Below are positions 23,690-36,287 of a stretch of 64,000 nt of DNA, piece after piece (position 1 is the first letter of the stretch; each line of letters opens with the position of its first letter). Position numbers and translations under genes: made by a program. The stretch is taken from positions 77,686,001-77,750,000 of the forward strand of contig OX597821.1 of the NCBI GenBank assembly GCA_951406725.2. The letters are read 5' to 3'. This DNA comes from Octopus vulgaris. Its lineage: Eukaryota. The notes beneath the pieces were generated by a model that saw nothing but the letters and a program-made list of their open reading frames with translations, did not search any database and was not told the DNA's origin.

Positions 23690-24907
23690 TTTCTAATGTA
23701 GCTACAAGGTCACAAATTTGGCGGTGGTGGTGGTGGTAGGGAGTGGTTAGTTGATAAAATCTCCTTTGCATAGTTTGTATTGCTGTATATATGTACAGCT
23801 ATGCTTTGGTAGTAGTACATGTACCTCTTTGTATGGTTTGTACTTCAGCGATTGTACTACTACATTTACACTTGTTTCGAAGTTCTAAATTTGTCAATAC
23901 TTTCAAATCTTTTGTTAAGCAAACAGGAAACCATGGTGATGTCATACCATAGTCACCATCATCACCATCACCATCATCACCATCACCATCATCACCATCA
24001 TCATCATCATCATCATCATCATCACTATCATCATCATCATCATCTGATGTTTATTTTCCTCTGTTGCAAACGAGATTTTTTTACACATCAGTTCTGTGTC
24101 ATGTCATTTAAGAGAGAAAAACATTTCCTTGTCTGATCTGACATATAATTTCTCGTTATTCCAATTAATTATCATTTATTACTCGATATACTTCGACTGA
24201 CGACACCCTCCACTGCCACCTCGTACCACCTCATCGCCACCACCTTAGCATTATCTCCATGCATCACCGTCACCACTTTAAACCAATGTAGTCATTGCTC
24301 TCATTGCACAAACACTGCTATGATAAAGAATTGATGATGATGATGATGACGACAATGTTGTCGATGATGATGATGATGCTGATTGTGACGATGATGAAAT
24401 GTTGATTACAATAAAATAAAATTTGATATATTCATCCTTTCCCCACAGTCATTTCATTAGACTTGCCTCTTCCTTCTCCTCTCACTGATGTCGCAGAGAT
24501 TAAACGGATAATCACAGATACATTGTGTTACTATAGCAACTACAGAGATGTATAAAATGATGTCAACAGAAGCATTAAGTAATTGCAGCGATGGTTGATT
24601 TCCTTTCCTAAGCTGGATGCCCTTCCAAAAGTCAACCACAAAATATGGCATGAAACAATATCATTATTAATAATTTTTAACACTGTTATATTGAGAATTG
24701 TTATCAAGAAGTCATATTATTATCATCTGATATAATATGATACAATATAGTATAATATAGCATTAATATCTAATGTCTGTTTTCCATGCTGGAATGGGTT
24801 AGACCAATGCTTCTCAACCATTTTTTGCTAAAGGACCCCCTTTGGTCCCTGTTTTAGTCTACTGGACTCTTCCATAACCATTTGATGTATTCCTTTATTT
24901 TTTTAAT

Positions 24908-25323
24908 TCTTTTACTTGTTTCAGTCATTTGACTGTGGCCATGCTGGAGCACCATGTTTAGTTGAATAAATCGACTCCAGGACTTATTCTTTGTAAGCCT
25001 AGTACTTTACCCTATCGGTCTCTTTTGCTGAACTGCTAAGTTATGGGGACATGAACATACCAGCATTGGTTGTCAAGCGATGGCGCAGGTACAAACACAG
25101 ACACACAAACATATACATACACACACACACACACACATATATATATATTTATATATATACGACAGGCTTCTTTCAGTTCCCGTTTACCAAATCCACTCAC
25201 AAGGCTTTGGTCAGCCTGAGGCTATAGTAGAAGATACTTGCCCAAGGTGACACGCAGTGGGACTGAATCTGGAACCATGTGGTTGATAAGAAAGCTTCTA
25301 ACCACACAGCCACACCTGTGCCT
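24908..25323 (-). mobile_element. SINE family A, full length
   Basis: Match to consensus. Confidence 0.88.
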
Positions 25324-25361
25324 ATATATATATACATATATATATATATATGTGTGTGTGT

Positions 25362-25408
<47 letters not shown>

Positions 25409-25413
25409 CATAT

Positions 25414-25643
25414 AGGCGGTGAGCTGGCAGAAACGTTGGCACGTCGGGCGAAATGCTTCGTGGTATTTAACCTGCTGTTACGTTCTGAGTTCAAATTCCG
25501 CCGAGGTCGACTTTGCCTTTCATCCTTTCGGGGTCGATAAATTAAGTAACAGTTACGCACTGGGGTCGATGTAATCGATTTAATCCCTTTGTCTGTCCTT
25601 GTTTGTCCCCTGTATGTTTAGCCCCTTGTGGGTAATGAAGAAA
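25414..25643 (+). mobile_element. SINE family B, full length (tRNA head, MetaSINE-like core)
   Basis: ggcggtgagctggcagaa..gagttcaaattcc..gtcgactttgcctttcatcctttcggggtcgataaattaagta..aagaaata. Confidence 0.88.
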
Positions 25644-25664
25644 TATATATATACATATATATAG

Positions 25665-25930
25665 GCACTTGTGCCGGTGTGCAGGTGTCACATAAAAAAA
25701 CACGATTTTTTCGTGGGCGTTGCCAGTACTGTCTGACTGGCCCTTGTGCCGGTGGCACATAAAAGCACCCACTACACTCTTGGAGTGGTTGGTGTTAGGA
25801 AGGGTATGCTGCTGTAGAAACTGCCAGATCAAGATTGAAGTCTGGTGCAACCATCTGGTTTGCCAGTCCTCAGTCAAATCGACCAACCAATGCTAGCATG
25901 GAAAGCGGACGTTAAACAATGATGATGATG
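25665..25930 (+). mobile_element. RTE-LINE 3' end (family C)
   Basis: Match to family C. Confidence 0.8.
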
Positions 25931-25942
25931 ATTGATATACAG

Positions 25943-25978
<36 letters not shown>

Positions 25979-26359
25979 TTCTCATACACACACACTCTTA
26001 TGTTGGAGCGAGGTCATTTAACCCTATTATCTCCCCTAATTTTGCACTTGCGTCTCACGTTTGATCTTTGACTTCTGGCCGAAATCAGATCACCATGTTG
26101 ATTCACTAGCCTCTGCACGCATATTTTTTTTCTCTCCTTCTTTCTGTGTTTTTTCTCTGTGTATCTTTCTGTTGAAGAGCGTAGGCTTGAAACGTTAAAG
26201 ACTTGTTTTATTTATATTTCCTGAGCGCCATACTAATACAATTGTTTGTTTGTATTCCACCTGCCTTCGTCTTTTGTTTATTTCCGTAAAACTGCCTTCG
26301 TCTTTTGTCTATTTTCATAAAGCTTCCCGTTATATATATATATATGTATATATAATAAA

Positions 26360-26397
<38 letters not shown>

Positions 26398-26637
26398 AAA
26401 AAAACCCTCTATATTTATATAATTAAATATTATTAGGAATTGTTCAAAAACATTAAAATACTTTGTATATTGTAATAAAAATATGAGCAATTTATTGCAC
26501 ATAAATTTTAACAACAAAATCTTATATGAACCCCCCGACCAAAATTTTGGGGACCCCAGATGAGAACCACTGGGGTAGACAGCAATATTATATAATATAA
26601 TGTAATAAAATACATGTGAGTTTGTGTTTGTGTGTGC

Positions 26638-26703
<66 letters not shown>

Positions 26704-26729
26704 GCACACACAAACACGGAGTAAACACA

Positions 26730-26870
26730 TAAATGTGAAACAAGGTGGAAAAAAGAGTACTCAAATACCAGTGGTAAAGTAATATGTTTTATTTAAAGCA
26801 GCAGAAAATTCAACAAAATCTCAGAGTAACAGATTTTGTTGAATTTTCTGCTGCTTTAAATAAAGTATAT
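26730..26870. repeat. Foldback repeat (same family as 63605-63825)
   Basis: tttatttaaagcagcagaaaattcaacaaaatct / agattttgttgaattttctgctgctttaaataaa perfect inverted arms. Confidence 0.85.
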
Positions 26871-26904
26871 ATATATATATATATATATACATATTCTTTT
26901 TTTT

Positions 26905-27596
26905 CTTCTGTTATTCGTTTCAGTCATTTGGCTGCGGCCATGCTGGAGCACCGCCTTTAGTCGAACAAATCGACTTATTCTTTGTAAGCCTAGTACTTAT
27001 CCTATCAGTCTCTTTTGCTGAATCGCTAAGTTATGGGTATGTAAACACACCAACATAAGTGGTGGTGGTGGGGGGAACAAACAGAAACACTAACACACAC
27101 ATGTACAATGGGCTTCTTTCAGTTTCCGTCTACCAAATGCACTCACAAGGCTTTGGTCAGCCCAGGGTCATGTTAGAAGACACTTGCCCATGATGCCATG
27201 CAGTGGGACTGAACTCAGAATCATGTGGTTGGTAAGCAAGCTACTTACCACACAGCCACTCTTTTCATCTTTTATCTTTTACTTGTTTCAGCCATCAGAC
27301 TTTGGCCACAGTACTTTATTTTAAGCCTTGTACTTATTCTATTGATCTCTTTTGCCGAACATAAATACACCAACACCAGTTGCCAAGCAATGGGGTGGGG
27401 GACAAACACATAGACAAAGACAAACATACATACATACATACATACATACATACACACATACATATATGTACGATGGGCTTCTTTCAGTTTCCACCTACCA
27501 TTTCCATTCACAAGACTTAGATGACACTTACCCAAGGTGCCACACAGTGGGACTGAACCCAGAACCATGTAGTTGGGAAGGAAATTTCTTACCACA

Positions 27597-27598
<2 letters not shown>
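26905..27598 (-). mobile_element. Two tandem SINE family A copies
   Basis: 26905-27260 and 27275-27598. Confidence 0.8.
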
Positions 27599-27631
<33 letters not shown>

Positions 27632-28870
27632 ACGCATACACACACACACACACACCCACACATGTATATATGTTTGAGCCACACGTAAAATGCATCAAGT
27701 CCACACTGTAAAGTGGTTGGCATTAGGAAGGGCATCCAGTCTTAAAAAACTTGCCAAATCAGACATTGGAGCTCAGTGTAGTCTTTTGACTTGTCAGCTC
27801 CTGTCAAACCATCCAACCCATGCCAGCATGGAAATCATACATCAAATGAATGATGATGATAATGATGAAGAAGATGATGATGATATATATATATCATCAT
27901 CATCATTCAGTGTTTTAAATCCGGGTTTTGTCCCTGTGTACACGGGTGGCCAGATCTACCTCAATGCCATTGCAACTTAGGTAGGCAGGTGCAGCCCACC
28001 ACAACCTTTGGGCTAGGTGGTGCCCATTCTCCTTTGCTATCATAAGGCTTTTTTGGAGCTGGATTTTCTACAGGGAGCATGCCCTTGCTTATCCCCAACC
28101 TCAGTTTCTAGACATGAGTGGTCCTGAGACCAAGGCCTCTACTTAGATTTTTAAGACATGTGGTGGAAAACTAGCTCAGGAAGGCAGGGCTGCTACTCCT
28201 TGAGACCCCTTTCAGAGCCACTCCCACCACCTATATATATGTGTGTGTGTGTGTGTGTGAGTATATAATGATCGCTATCCGCTTGTGATCAAGGAATACC
28301 ATCACTGACCATTAAGAACATTGTGTTTTCAGACAAAATTATACTTTACAGCTGTTGTTCTGTTGGTGACTAATGAGCCCAGCTCTTGATAGACATATAA
28401 GTATGAAGACCCTGTAGACAAAGCTTTCCCCATTCACTAAATTGGTGGTTTTCAAAAAGCTTGCTTAAGTTCAGCATGCAAAATGCATAATTCTTCAAAT
28501 ATATCCATTCCTTCTTTAACTTGTTTCCTTTGTTGGTGGTGAGGACAACCATTGCTTTTCCAATTGGATACACACCATTAGAAGGCATGATGCTGTGGAA
28601 TTGTCTGAGATAAAATCTCTTCATAGATATGTTGTGTTAAAAATACAATAAATGTATTGGTTTCAAATTTTGGTACAAGGTCAATCATTTCAGGGGAGGG
28701 GATAAATTGATTGTATATATATTCTCTCTCTGTTTATTTCCTCGTGTTCTTTTCTGTCGAAGAGCATAGGCTTGAAATGTAAAAGAGTTCTCACCTTCCC
28801 AAGCATTAAACTAATACACTTGTTTGTTGTTTATACACTTGTCTTCATCTTTTGCTTTTCTGTAAATTCC

Positions 28871-28945
<75 letters not shown>

Positions 28946-30128
28946 TATATATATATACTCATACACACACACACATATATAGGGATGGTGCACAAAAGCT
29001 ATTTTGAACTAATACTGCTTTCAATGCTAAAACTAATTTTTATCTGTGGGCGCTGGTGCTACATTAACTTCATGCGTGTGCTGGTGCCACATAAAAAGCA
29101 CCCAGTACACTCTGTAAAGTGGTTGGTGTTAGGAAGGGCATCCAGCCGTAGAAACCATACCAAAACAGACAATTGGAGTCAGTGCAGCTCCTGTGAAGCT
29201 ACCTAACCCATGCCAGCATGGAAAATGGACATTAAATTATAATGATGATGATGATGACTACATATGATACATCCTAAAGCCCATCAAATCCTGCCAAACC
29301 CATACCATCATTGACCATGGACCAAACATAATGATGATGATGATGAATGTCGGCTTCACTGAAATCGCTTTTGATTCTCTTTATATAAAAACAATTTGCA
29401 ATATTGTTTAATGTTTTTATTCCTCTTCTTCAATTTCCTCTTTTAGTCTGTAATTAAGTATGAAGTAATTGGATCATTGTAGAATAACAGTAGCTATTTA
29501 AAACACAGATGCTATTACAGTCACCTTTGTTATATTTGTTATACCTGTCTTTCATTGCACATCCATAACCTGGTGGTTTTGATAATCTAGTAAGCAGCAA
29601 ATTTTTGTTTTTGACAGGCTGTAATTCAATTGTCCAGCTTTGTCACATTTTGCTATGTTAGAATATTACATTAAGGATACAAGATATCAAGGAATACTCA
29701 ATCATATATATATATAGGAGATTCTATAGTGTGTGTGTGTATATATATACTATAGAATCTCCCAAAACTAGACACTAATATCCAAGTCTTTCTAAGCCTA
29801 ATTAGTTTACCTAGAAAGAAAAACCAAACAGTACCAATGTAAGAGATCCCTACAAGCTATGAATCCACAAATGATTTCCACTTTACAAGAATGAAGGACA
29901 ACTGGGAATAATGAGACTAACAATCAAGCATAGCATGCATGCATTCCCATCATCAGCTGCCAAACAGATATCACTATGGTTTTGATATCTGAGCAGGACC
30001 ATTCAATCTGATGGTGTCCATGGTGTTAAAAATATAAATGCTGCCCAGGACTGCACCAAATTGTTACTATAAGTAACAAAATAAGAATAAACAAAAAGTG
30101 ATGTGTGCATGTGTGTAAATATATATAC

Positions 30129-30176
<48 letters not shown>

Positions 30177-30322
30177 CCAATGGTCGAAATGGATTCCTGC
30201 CTCCGAAAGGTGAAGAATTACATTAATCTTTGGCTTCAGAGTCTGACGATATGTCCATGGGGCTAAGCCCTTTGTAGATGCAAAACCAATGGTAACTCTA
30301 TGACCAGACATAGACATAAATA

Positions 30323-30353
<31 letters not shown>

Positions 30354-30814
30354 ATTTTATACACACACACATATATATAATGTTATGAATTCCAAGTAAA
30401 AATGACTTTCTTTGAATAGATTCTTGTTGAGTATACCGTATGATGGCCTGCACTTTTCCAATCCACTTCTTAACTTTATAACTGCCATTTTGTTATTGAA
30501 ATGGACAGGAATTAACTGCCCTGGCAACTCGTTACCAACCCCTTTATTCTTTATGTGTAAATATGGTAGTTTGGTCAATTCCCTTCTGACACCATATACT
30601 TAAATGCAAGCTGGGCATAAAAGCTGTGTATAATGTAAAGCCTGAAGATTGCTTGGAGACACACAACGCATGTTATAAAAACCTGCCTATCCACATGTAG
30701 CTCTTACTTTAGTACAGTGTACTTTGAATGATCTTTCTCTTTCATTGGATGGATTTCTTTCTTTGTTGATCTCACCTTAACAGAAGAGTAAACTATGAAT
30801 ATACAGGAGAGTCA

Positions 30815-31039
30815 TTATTCTTTTATTCTTTTATTTGTTTCAGACATTTGACTGTGACCATGCTGGAGCACCACCTTTAGTCGAGCAAATAAACCCCAGG
30901 ACTTATTCTTTGTAAGCCTAGTACTTATTCTATCGGTCTCGCTTGCTGAACCGCTAAGTGACGAGGACGTAAATACACCAGCATTGGTTGTCAAGTGATG
31001 TTGGAGGGACAAACACAGACACACAAACATATACACACA

Positions 31040-31090
<51 letters not shown>

Positions 31091-31240
31091 AGCTTCTTTC
31101 AGTTTCTGTCTACCAAATCCACTCACAAGGCTTTGGTTGGTCCGAGGCTATAGTAGAAGACACTTGCCCAAGGTTCCACGCAGTGGGGGACTGAACCTTG
31201 AACCATGTGGTTGGTAAGCAAGCTACTTACCACACAGCCA
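30815..31240 (-). mobile_element. SINE family A
   Basis: Match to consensus, central (TA)n. Confidence 0.88.
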
Positions 31241-31761
31241 CAAACACACACACACTGTTCTTCTTCATCACCATCAGCATAACTGTTGTCATCATTATTG
31301 TTATCTTCGTCATCATTGTCATTTAACATCCGTTTCCCATGCTGGGAAATGGGTTGGACATTTAACAGGAGCTACACCAGGCTCCAGTCACCTGTTTTGG
31401 CTTGGTTTCTACAGCTGGATGTCCTTCTTAATGCCAACCACTTTACAGAGTATACTGGGTGCTTTGTAAGTGGTAACAGCATGGGTGCTTTATACATGGC
31501 ACCATTGTCAATCGGTTCACTAATTAACCAATAAACTAATTGATTCATTAATTGTTAAGTCAATCTGTCAAGCAGTTAGGTTTTTGAAAGTCTTTTCATT
31601 GCCATTTGCAAACTCAATGCAATTCCCTCTGGACTCTAGGTTTGCTCAATGAAATATTTTTATTACATATTTCTTAGAAAAAGATGGAAGATCTAAAATG
31701 AGATGGGATGGGTGTTCCTGCTTTCAAGAGGGCAAAGAAACAATGCCAAGGATCCAACACC

Positions 31762-31797
<36 letters not shown>

Positions 31798-32144
31798 TCT
31801 GTATCTTGTGATGATCATCAGGTATTGAGAATGAAATTAATAGCAATGAATTACCAGCACCTCTCGCAGGAAAGACCACATCAGAGTGGGCTTTTATTAT
31901 CTTGTCCAGAACCAAAGTTAAACCATGTTATTGAAAACATTGGCACATGGGACAAAATGCTAAGCAGCATTTCCTCTGTCTTTACTTTTTGAGTTCAAAT
32001 ACCACTGGAGTCAACTTTACATCCTTTGAGGAGTCAATAAGATAAATACCCACATAGCACTGGGTTGATATAATTGACTAACTCAATTCCACAAAATTTC
32101 AGGCCTTGTGTCTCTATCAGAAAGGATTATTGTACAACCTTTGC

Positions 32145-32579
32145 CAGGGTTGGATTAACCCATTAAACAAAATAAGCATGTGCTTAGGGCATCGAGGAAA
32201 GAAGGGGGCACCACAGAAATGGTAAATGGTTTACAGCACAAAAGAAATCACTTTAAAGTTGCTCAAATAATATTTGCATAGCCTTGTCTCTACAAAGTAT
32301 AGAGGCAGAAGTTTTGCATAAAATTAATTTTAATGATATCATCGCACATTTTGTAATTAAAAAAAAAACGAAGGAGAAAACCTTTCAAATATAAATAAAG
32401 TGGAAGCATACAAAAATAAACATTATTCTCCATCTTTCTGTGAATTTTGTTTCATTTTGAAAAATAAAAAAATTATTTCCTGGGTTATTATTGTTTACAT
32501 TTTGAACCATTTATGTATACTTGAGGGCACCAAAACCTTTTAAGTGCTTAGGGCCTCTATGGGTCTCAATCCAGCCCCG
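32145..32579. mobile_element. hAT-superfamily MITE
   Basis: TIRs cagggttggatt / aatccagccccg; perfect 8-bp TSD acctttgc at 32137-32144 and 32580-32587. Confidence 0.88.
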
Positions 32580-32709
32580 ACCTTTGCCTATCTGTTGCAG
32601 TAAGCTGAACCCAGTCTTTTAGGCTATAGTTAGATCAAAGTGGGTGAGTAGAGAGAATGTTTTAGTCCTGAACAGATTACGATGCTGGTTAAGTGGATGG
32701 TGAGCTATT

Positions 32710-33474
32710 TCTCTCTTCTTTTCTATTCTAGGCACAAGAGCTGAAATTTTGGGGGAGTGGTCGATTAGATCAACCCAGTATGCAACTGGTACTTAATTTA
32801 TCAACCCTGAAAGGTAAAAGGCAATATCAACCTCCGCGGAATTTGAATTCAGAACATAAAGACAAACGGAATACCTATTTCTTTACTACCCACAAGGGGC
32901 TAAACACAGAGAGGACAAACAAGGACAGACAAATGGATTAAGTCGATTATATCGACCCCAGTGCATAACTGGTACTTATTTAATCGACCCCACCAGGATG
33001 AAAGGCAAAGTCGACCTCGGCAGAATTTGAACTCAGAATGTAGCAGTAGACGAAATACCTATTTCTTTACTACCCACAAGGGGCTACATACAGAGGGGAC
33101 AAACAAGGACGGACAAACGGATTAAGTCGATTACATCGACCCCAGTGCATAACTGGTACTTAATTTATCAACCCCAAAATGATGAAAGGCAAAGTCTACC
33201 TTGGCGGAATTTGAACTCAGAACGTAACGACAGACGAAATACCTATTTCTTTACTACTCACAAGGGGCTAAACACAGAGAAGACAAACAAGGACAGACAA
33301 ACGGATTAAGTTGATTATATGGACCTCAGTGCGTGACTGGTACTTATTTAATCGACCCCGAAAGGATGAAAACAAAGTTGACCTTGGCGGAATTTGAACT
33401 CAGAACGTAGCGGCAGACGAAATACCGCTAAGCATTTCACCTGGCGTGCTAACGTTTCTACCAGCTCACTGCCT
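32710..33474 (-). mobile_element. Tandem array of SINE family B (4 units, ~184 bp period)
   Basis: Units joined at gaaatac|ctatttctttact; only the last unit has the full head. Confidence 0.9.
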
Positions 33475-33700
33475 TAACTATTTGTCTCTTCAGTTGGTAA
33501 AGAATAAAATGGTATTTTGTTTCTGACAGAGCACAAGAGCTATTTCGAAGGTGGAAGATAGGACCACTTAAGTCAGTTACAGTATATAACTGGTACTTAT
33601 TTTGTTGACACCCCCCTCCACCCCCACCTAATGAAATGGATGGCAAAGTGAATGTCAAGCAGAGAACATGAAGGGGAAAAAACATAGCATTGACATATTC

Positions 33701-34478
33701 AGTCTGGCTCTTCACTGATGCTGTTCCACATGTGAGCCTGGTGCTTTCTCAATGCTATACTACATGCAACAGCAACATGTGTAGTCCAGTGCTTCTCCAA
33801 TGCTGTGCTACATGTGACAGCAACATATCTAGTCTGGCATTTCATTGATGCTGTTCCACATGCAATCTCTTTCCTGATGATGTGCCACATGTAACACACG
33901 CAGTCCGGCAATTTGCTGACGTTGTTCCACATGTGACAACAGCGTATCTAGTCCAGCACTTTTCCCATGCTGTATCACATGTATACTGGCACTTTCCTGA
34001 TGATCTGTCACGTGACAACAGTATATCTAATCCGGCGCTTTTCCGATGCTGTAATACATGTAATCCGACACTTTCCCAATGCTGTACCACATGTGACGGT
34101 ATCATATATAATCCGGCGCTTCCCCGATGTTGTGTCACATGTGACAACAACTTATCTAGTCCGGCGCTTCTCCGATTCTGTACCACACGTGACAGTAAGT
34201 CGTGTAATACGGTGCTCTCCCGATGCTGTGCCACATGTGACAGCAACATATGTAGTTCAGCGCTTCACCGATGCTATACCACATGTGACAGCAACATATA
34301 TAGTTCGGCGCTTCCCCGATGTTGTGTTACATGTGACAGCAACATATCTAGTCTGGCGCTTTTCCGATTCTATACCACATGTGATAGCAAGTCGCGTAAT
34401 ACGGCGCTCTCTCGATGCCGTGCCACATGTGACAGCATCATATGTAGTCCGGCGCTTCACCGATGCTGTACCACATGA
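33701..34478. repeat. 48-bp minisatellite, ~17 units, CACATGTG core
   Basis: Consensus agtccggcgcttcaccgatgctgtaccacatgtgacagcaacatatgt. Confidence 0.93.
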
Positions 34479-34499
34479 CTATTTTGACACAGTAAAGAC

Positions 34500-34770
34500 A
34501 GAATTACCTCCCCTTACTTCAAATATGGTTGCGTACTCTTCGTCTTATTATTGAACCAACTTTAAAACAATAACAACTATTCCAAACCGTTTCTTTTCCA
34601 ATCTATCGCACTCATTCCTCCACAATTACTGCTTTTTATCAAAGCTTCATCGTTATTTATTAATTCTAACTTAATTTTTACTTCCCCCTGTGATTTCCAA
34701 GTTCGTATAACGGTGGTTAACGACAACAGTCAACAAGAAAAGCAAACGGGAAAATATTTATATAAAAAAA

Positions 34771-34811
<41 letters not shown>

Positions 34812-35400
34812 TTATATATATATATATAATATATATATATAAATATATATAAAATATACACACACATATATATATATATATAATACATCACAGAAATTAC
34901 CCACCTCCAACCAAACAATTACTTTTCAACGCTTGCTGCTCGTTCTTCATATTTTACATCTTACATAAAAGAAAGGAAAAAGAACAATCTTTAAGGGGTT
35001 ACTGTGACAACGTGGCCTTGGTCCTCCTGGAATCTATTTGCCACTGACAAAACGACTCAATGCTGGTCGTTGCCACTCGTCGCTGACATTTTAATTGCAA
35101 CACACACACCGACCCATCTTCTCGCTTTTCACAACAACCGATGCTTCTGTATTTATTTAAAAGATATCCTTTAAAACAAACAGACAAATAAGCAACGGCA
35201 ACCGTAACCAAGAGGCTTGGAAATAACCAGAGTTTGGTATTTTCTTACATCAATGGACATCGAGCCGACAAGGAAGGAATATTTCTGAGTGATGGATGTT
35301 TGTTAAATTTCCTTTTCTCAGCGCTGGCTAAGAAAAAGGAAATAGTCTACACGATCCCTCCACTCGACAGGTATCTATCTTTTCTTTTCTTTCTTCTTTC
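34500..35400. promoter_or_regulatory. Candidate (possibly bidirectional) promoter / first-exon region
   Basis: Non-transposon sequence with retained CpGs; donor-like sites facing outward: + cag|gtatct at 35370, minus gag|gtgggt at 34905 and gaa|gtaagg at 34518. Confidence 0.4.
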
Positions 35401-35547
35401 AATTAAAAAACAACGAAAACATCCCCCAAAGACATTCTTCTTGAATTCCCAAGATGGTTTGATGTCATCATTTTTATGTTTCATATGCACGGATGTAAAT
35501 ATACGTTCCTATAGATAAATGGAAAATTGATATTGTAAATTATATAT

Positions 35548-35735
35548 TATTTCTTTATTGCCCACAAGGGGCTAAACATAGAGGGAACAAACAAGGACAG
35601 ACAAAGGGATTAAGTCGATTAGATCGACCCCAGTGCGTAACTGGTACTTAATTTATCGACCCCGAAAGGATGAAAGGCAAAGTCGACCTGGGCGGAATTT
35701 GAACTCAGAACGTAACGGCAGACGAAATACCGCTA
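35548..35735 (-). mobile_element. SINE family B
   Basis: Match to consensus, CpGs intact. Confidence 0.85.
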
Positions 35736-35871
35736 AGAGTATGGTAAATTATACACACACACACATATATATACATATATATATGGAGATGGACGTGCGT
35801 ATGTATATATACACACACAACTCTACGGATGTATGTATATTTCCTCTGTCTGTGTATGTAAATAAGGTGGA

Positions 35872-36287
35872 TATATAGTGTGTGTGTTTATATATTTATA
35901 TTTTGTATGATGTGTGCGTGCACTCCTATGAGGGAAATCAGTGTAAAATCCGCTGTGTTTTTCCTCTCCAGACAATATTTTCCGCAACTAATTGTTTCAC
36001 TACGTAGACTCAAGTACTTATATCTATGGAATCTATGGAAGTATGTATTGCTCAGATACAAGCATATTCCAGATCTATGCGTACATGTGTCCGAACTTAA
36101 TTCGCGCATATATATATAGAGATAGCTAGATAGATATAGTGTGTGTGTTTATATATTTATATTTTGTATGATGTGTGCGTGCACTCCTATGAGGGAAATC
36201 AGTGTAAAATCCGCTGTGTTTTTCCTCTCCAGACAATATTTTCCGCAACTAATTGTTTCACTACGTAGACTCAAGTACTTATATCTA
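35872..36287. repeat. Direct duplication of ~150 bp (261-bp offset)
   Basis: 35872-36027 and 36133-36287 appear identical. Confidence 0.9.

Larger units (their letters stand above)
24805..26572. mobile_element. hAT (Charlie-like) MITE split by nested insertions
   Basis: Ends caatgcttctcaacc / gatgagaaccactg with near-identical 8-bp flanks ggttagac/gggtagac; related intact copy at 42658-42994. Confidence 0.65.

Noticed and set aside
28370-28624. 84-aa minus-strand ORF
   Set aside because: No recognisable domain or clean exon boundaries; possibly decayed retroelement.
33701-34478. CRISPR-like array
   Set aside because: No unique spacers, no cas genes, eukaryotic context.
33842-34554. Cys-rich 16-aa repeat protein (CCxTCDS..) and other frames
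   Set aside because: Several frames on both strands are open because the 48-bp unit lacks stops; cysteines are not preferentially kept and a 46-bp unit shifts frame.
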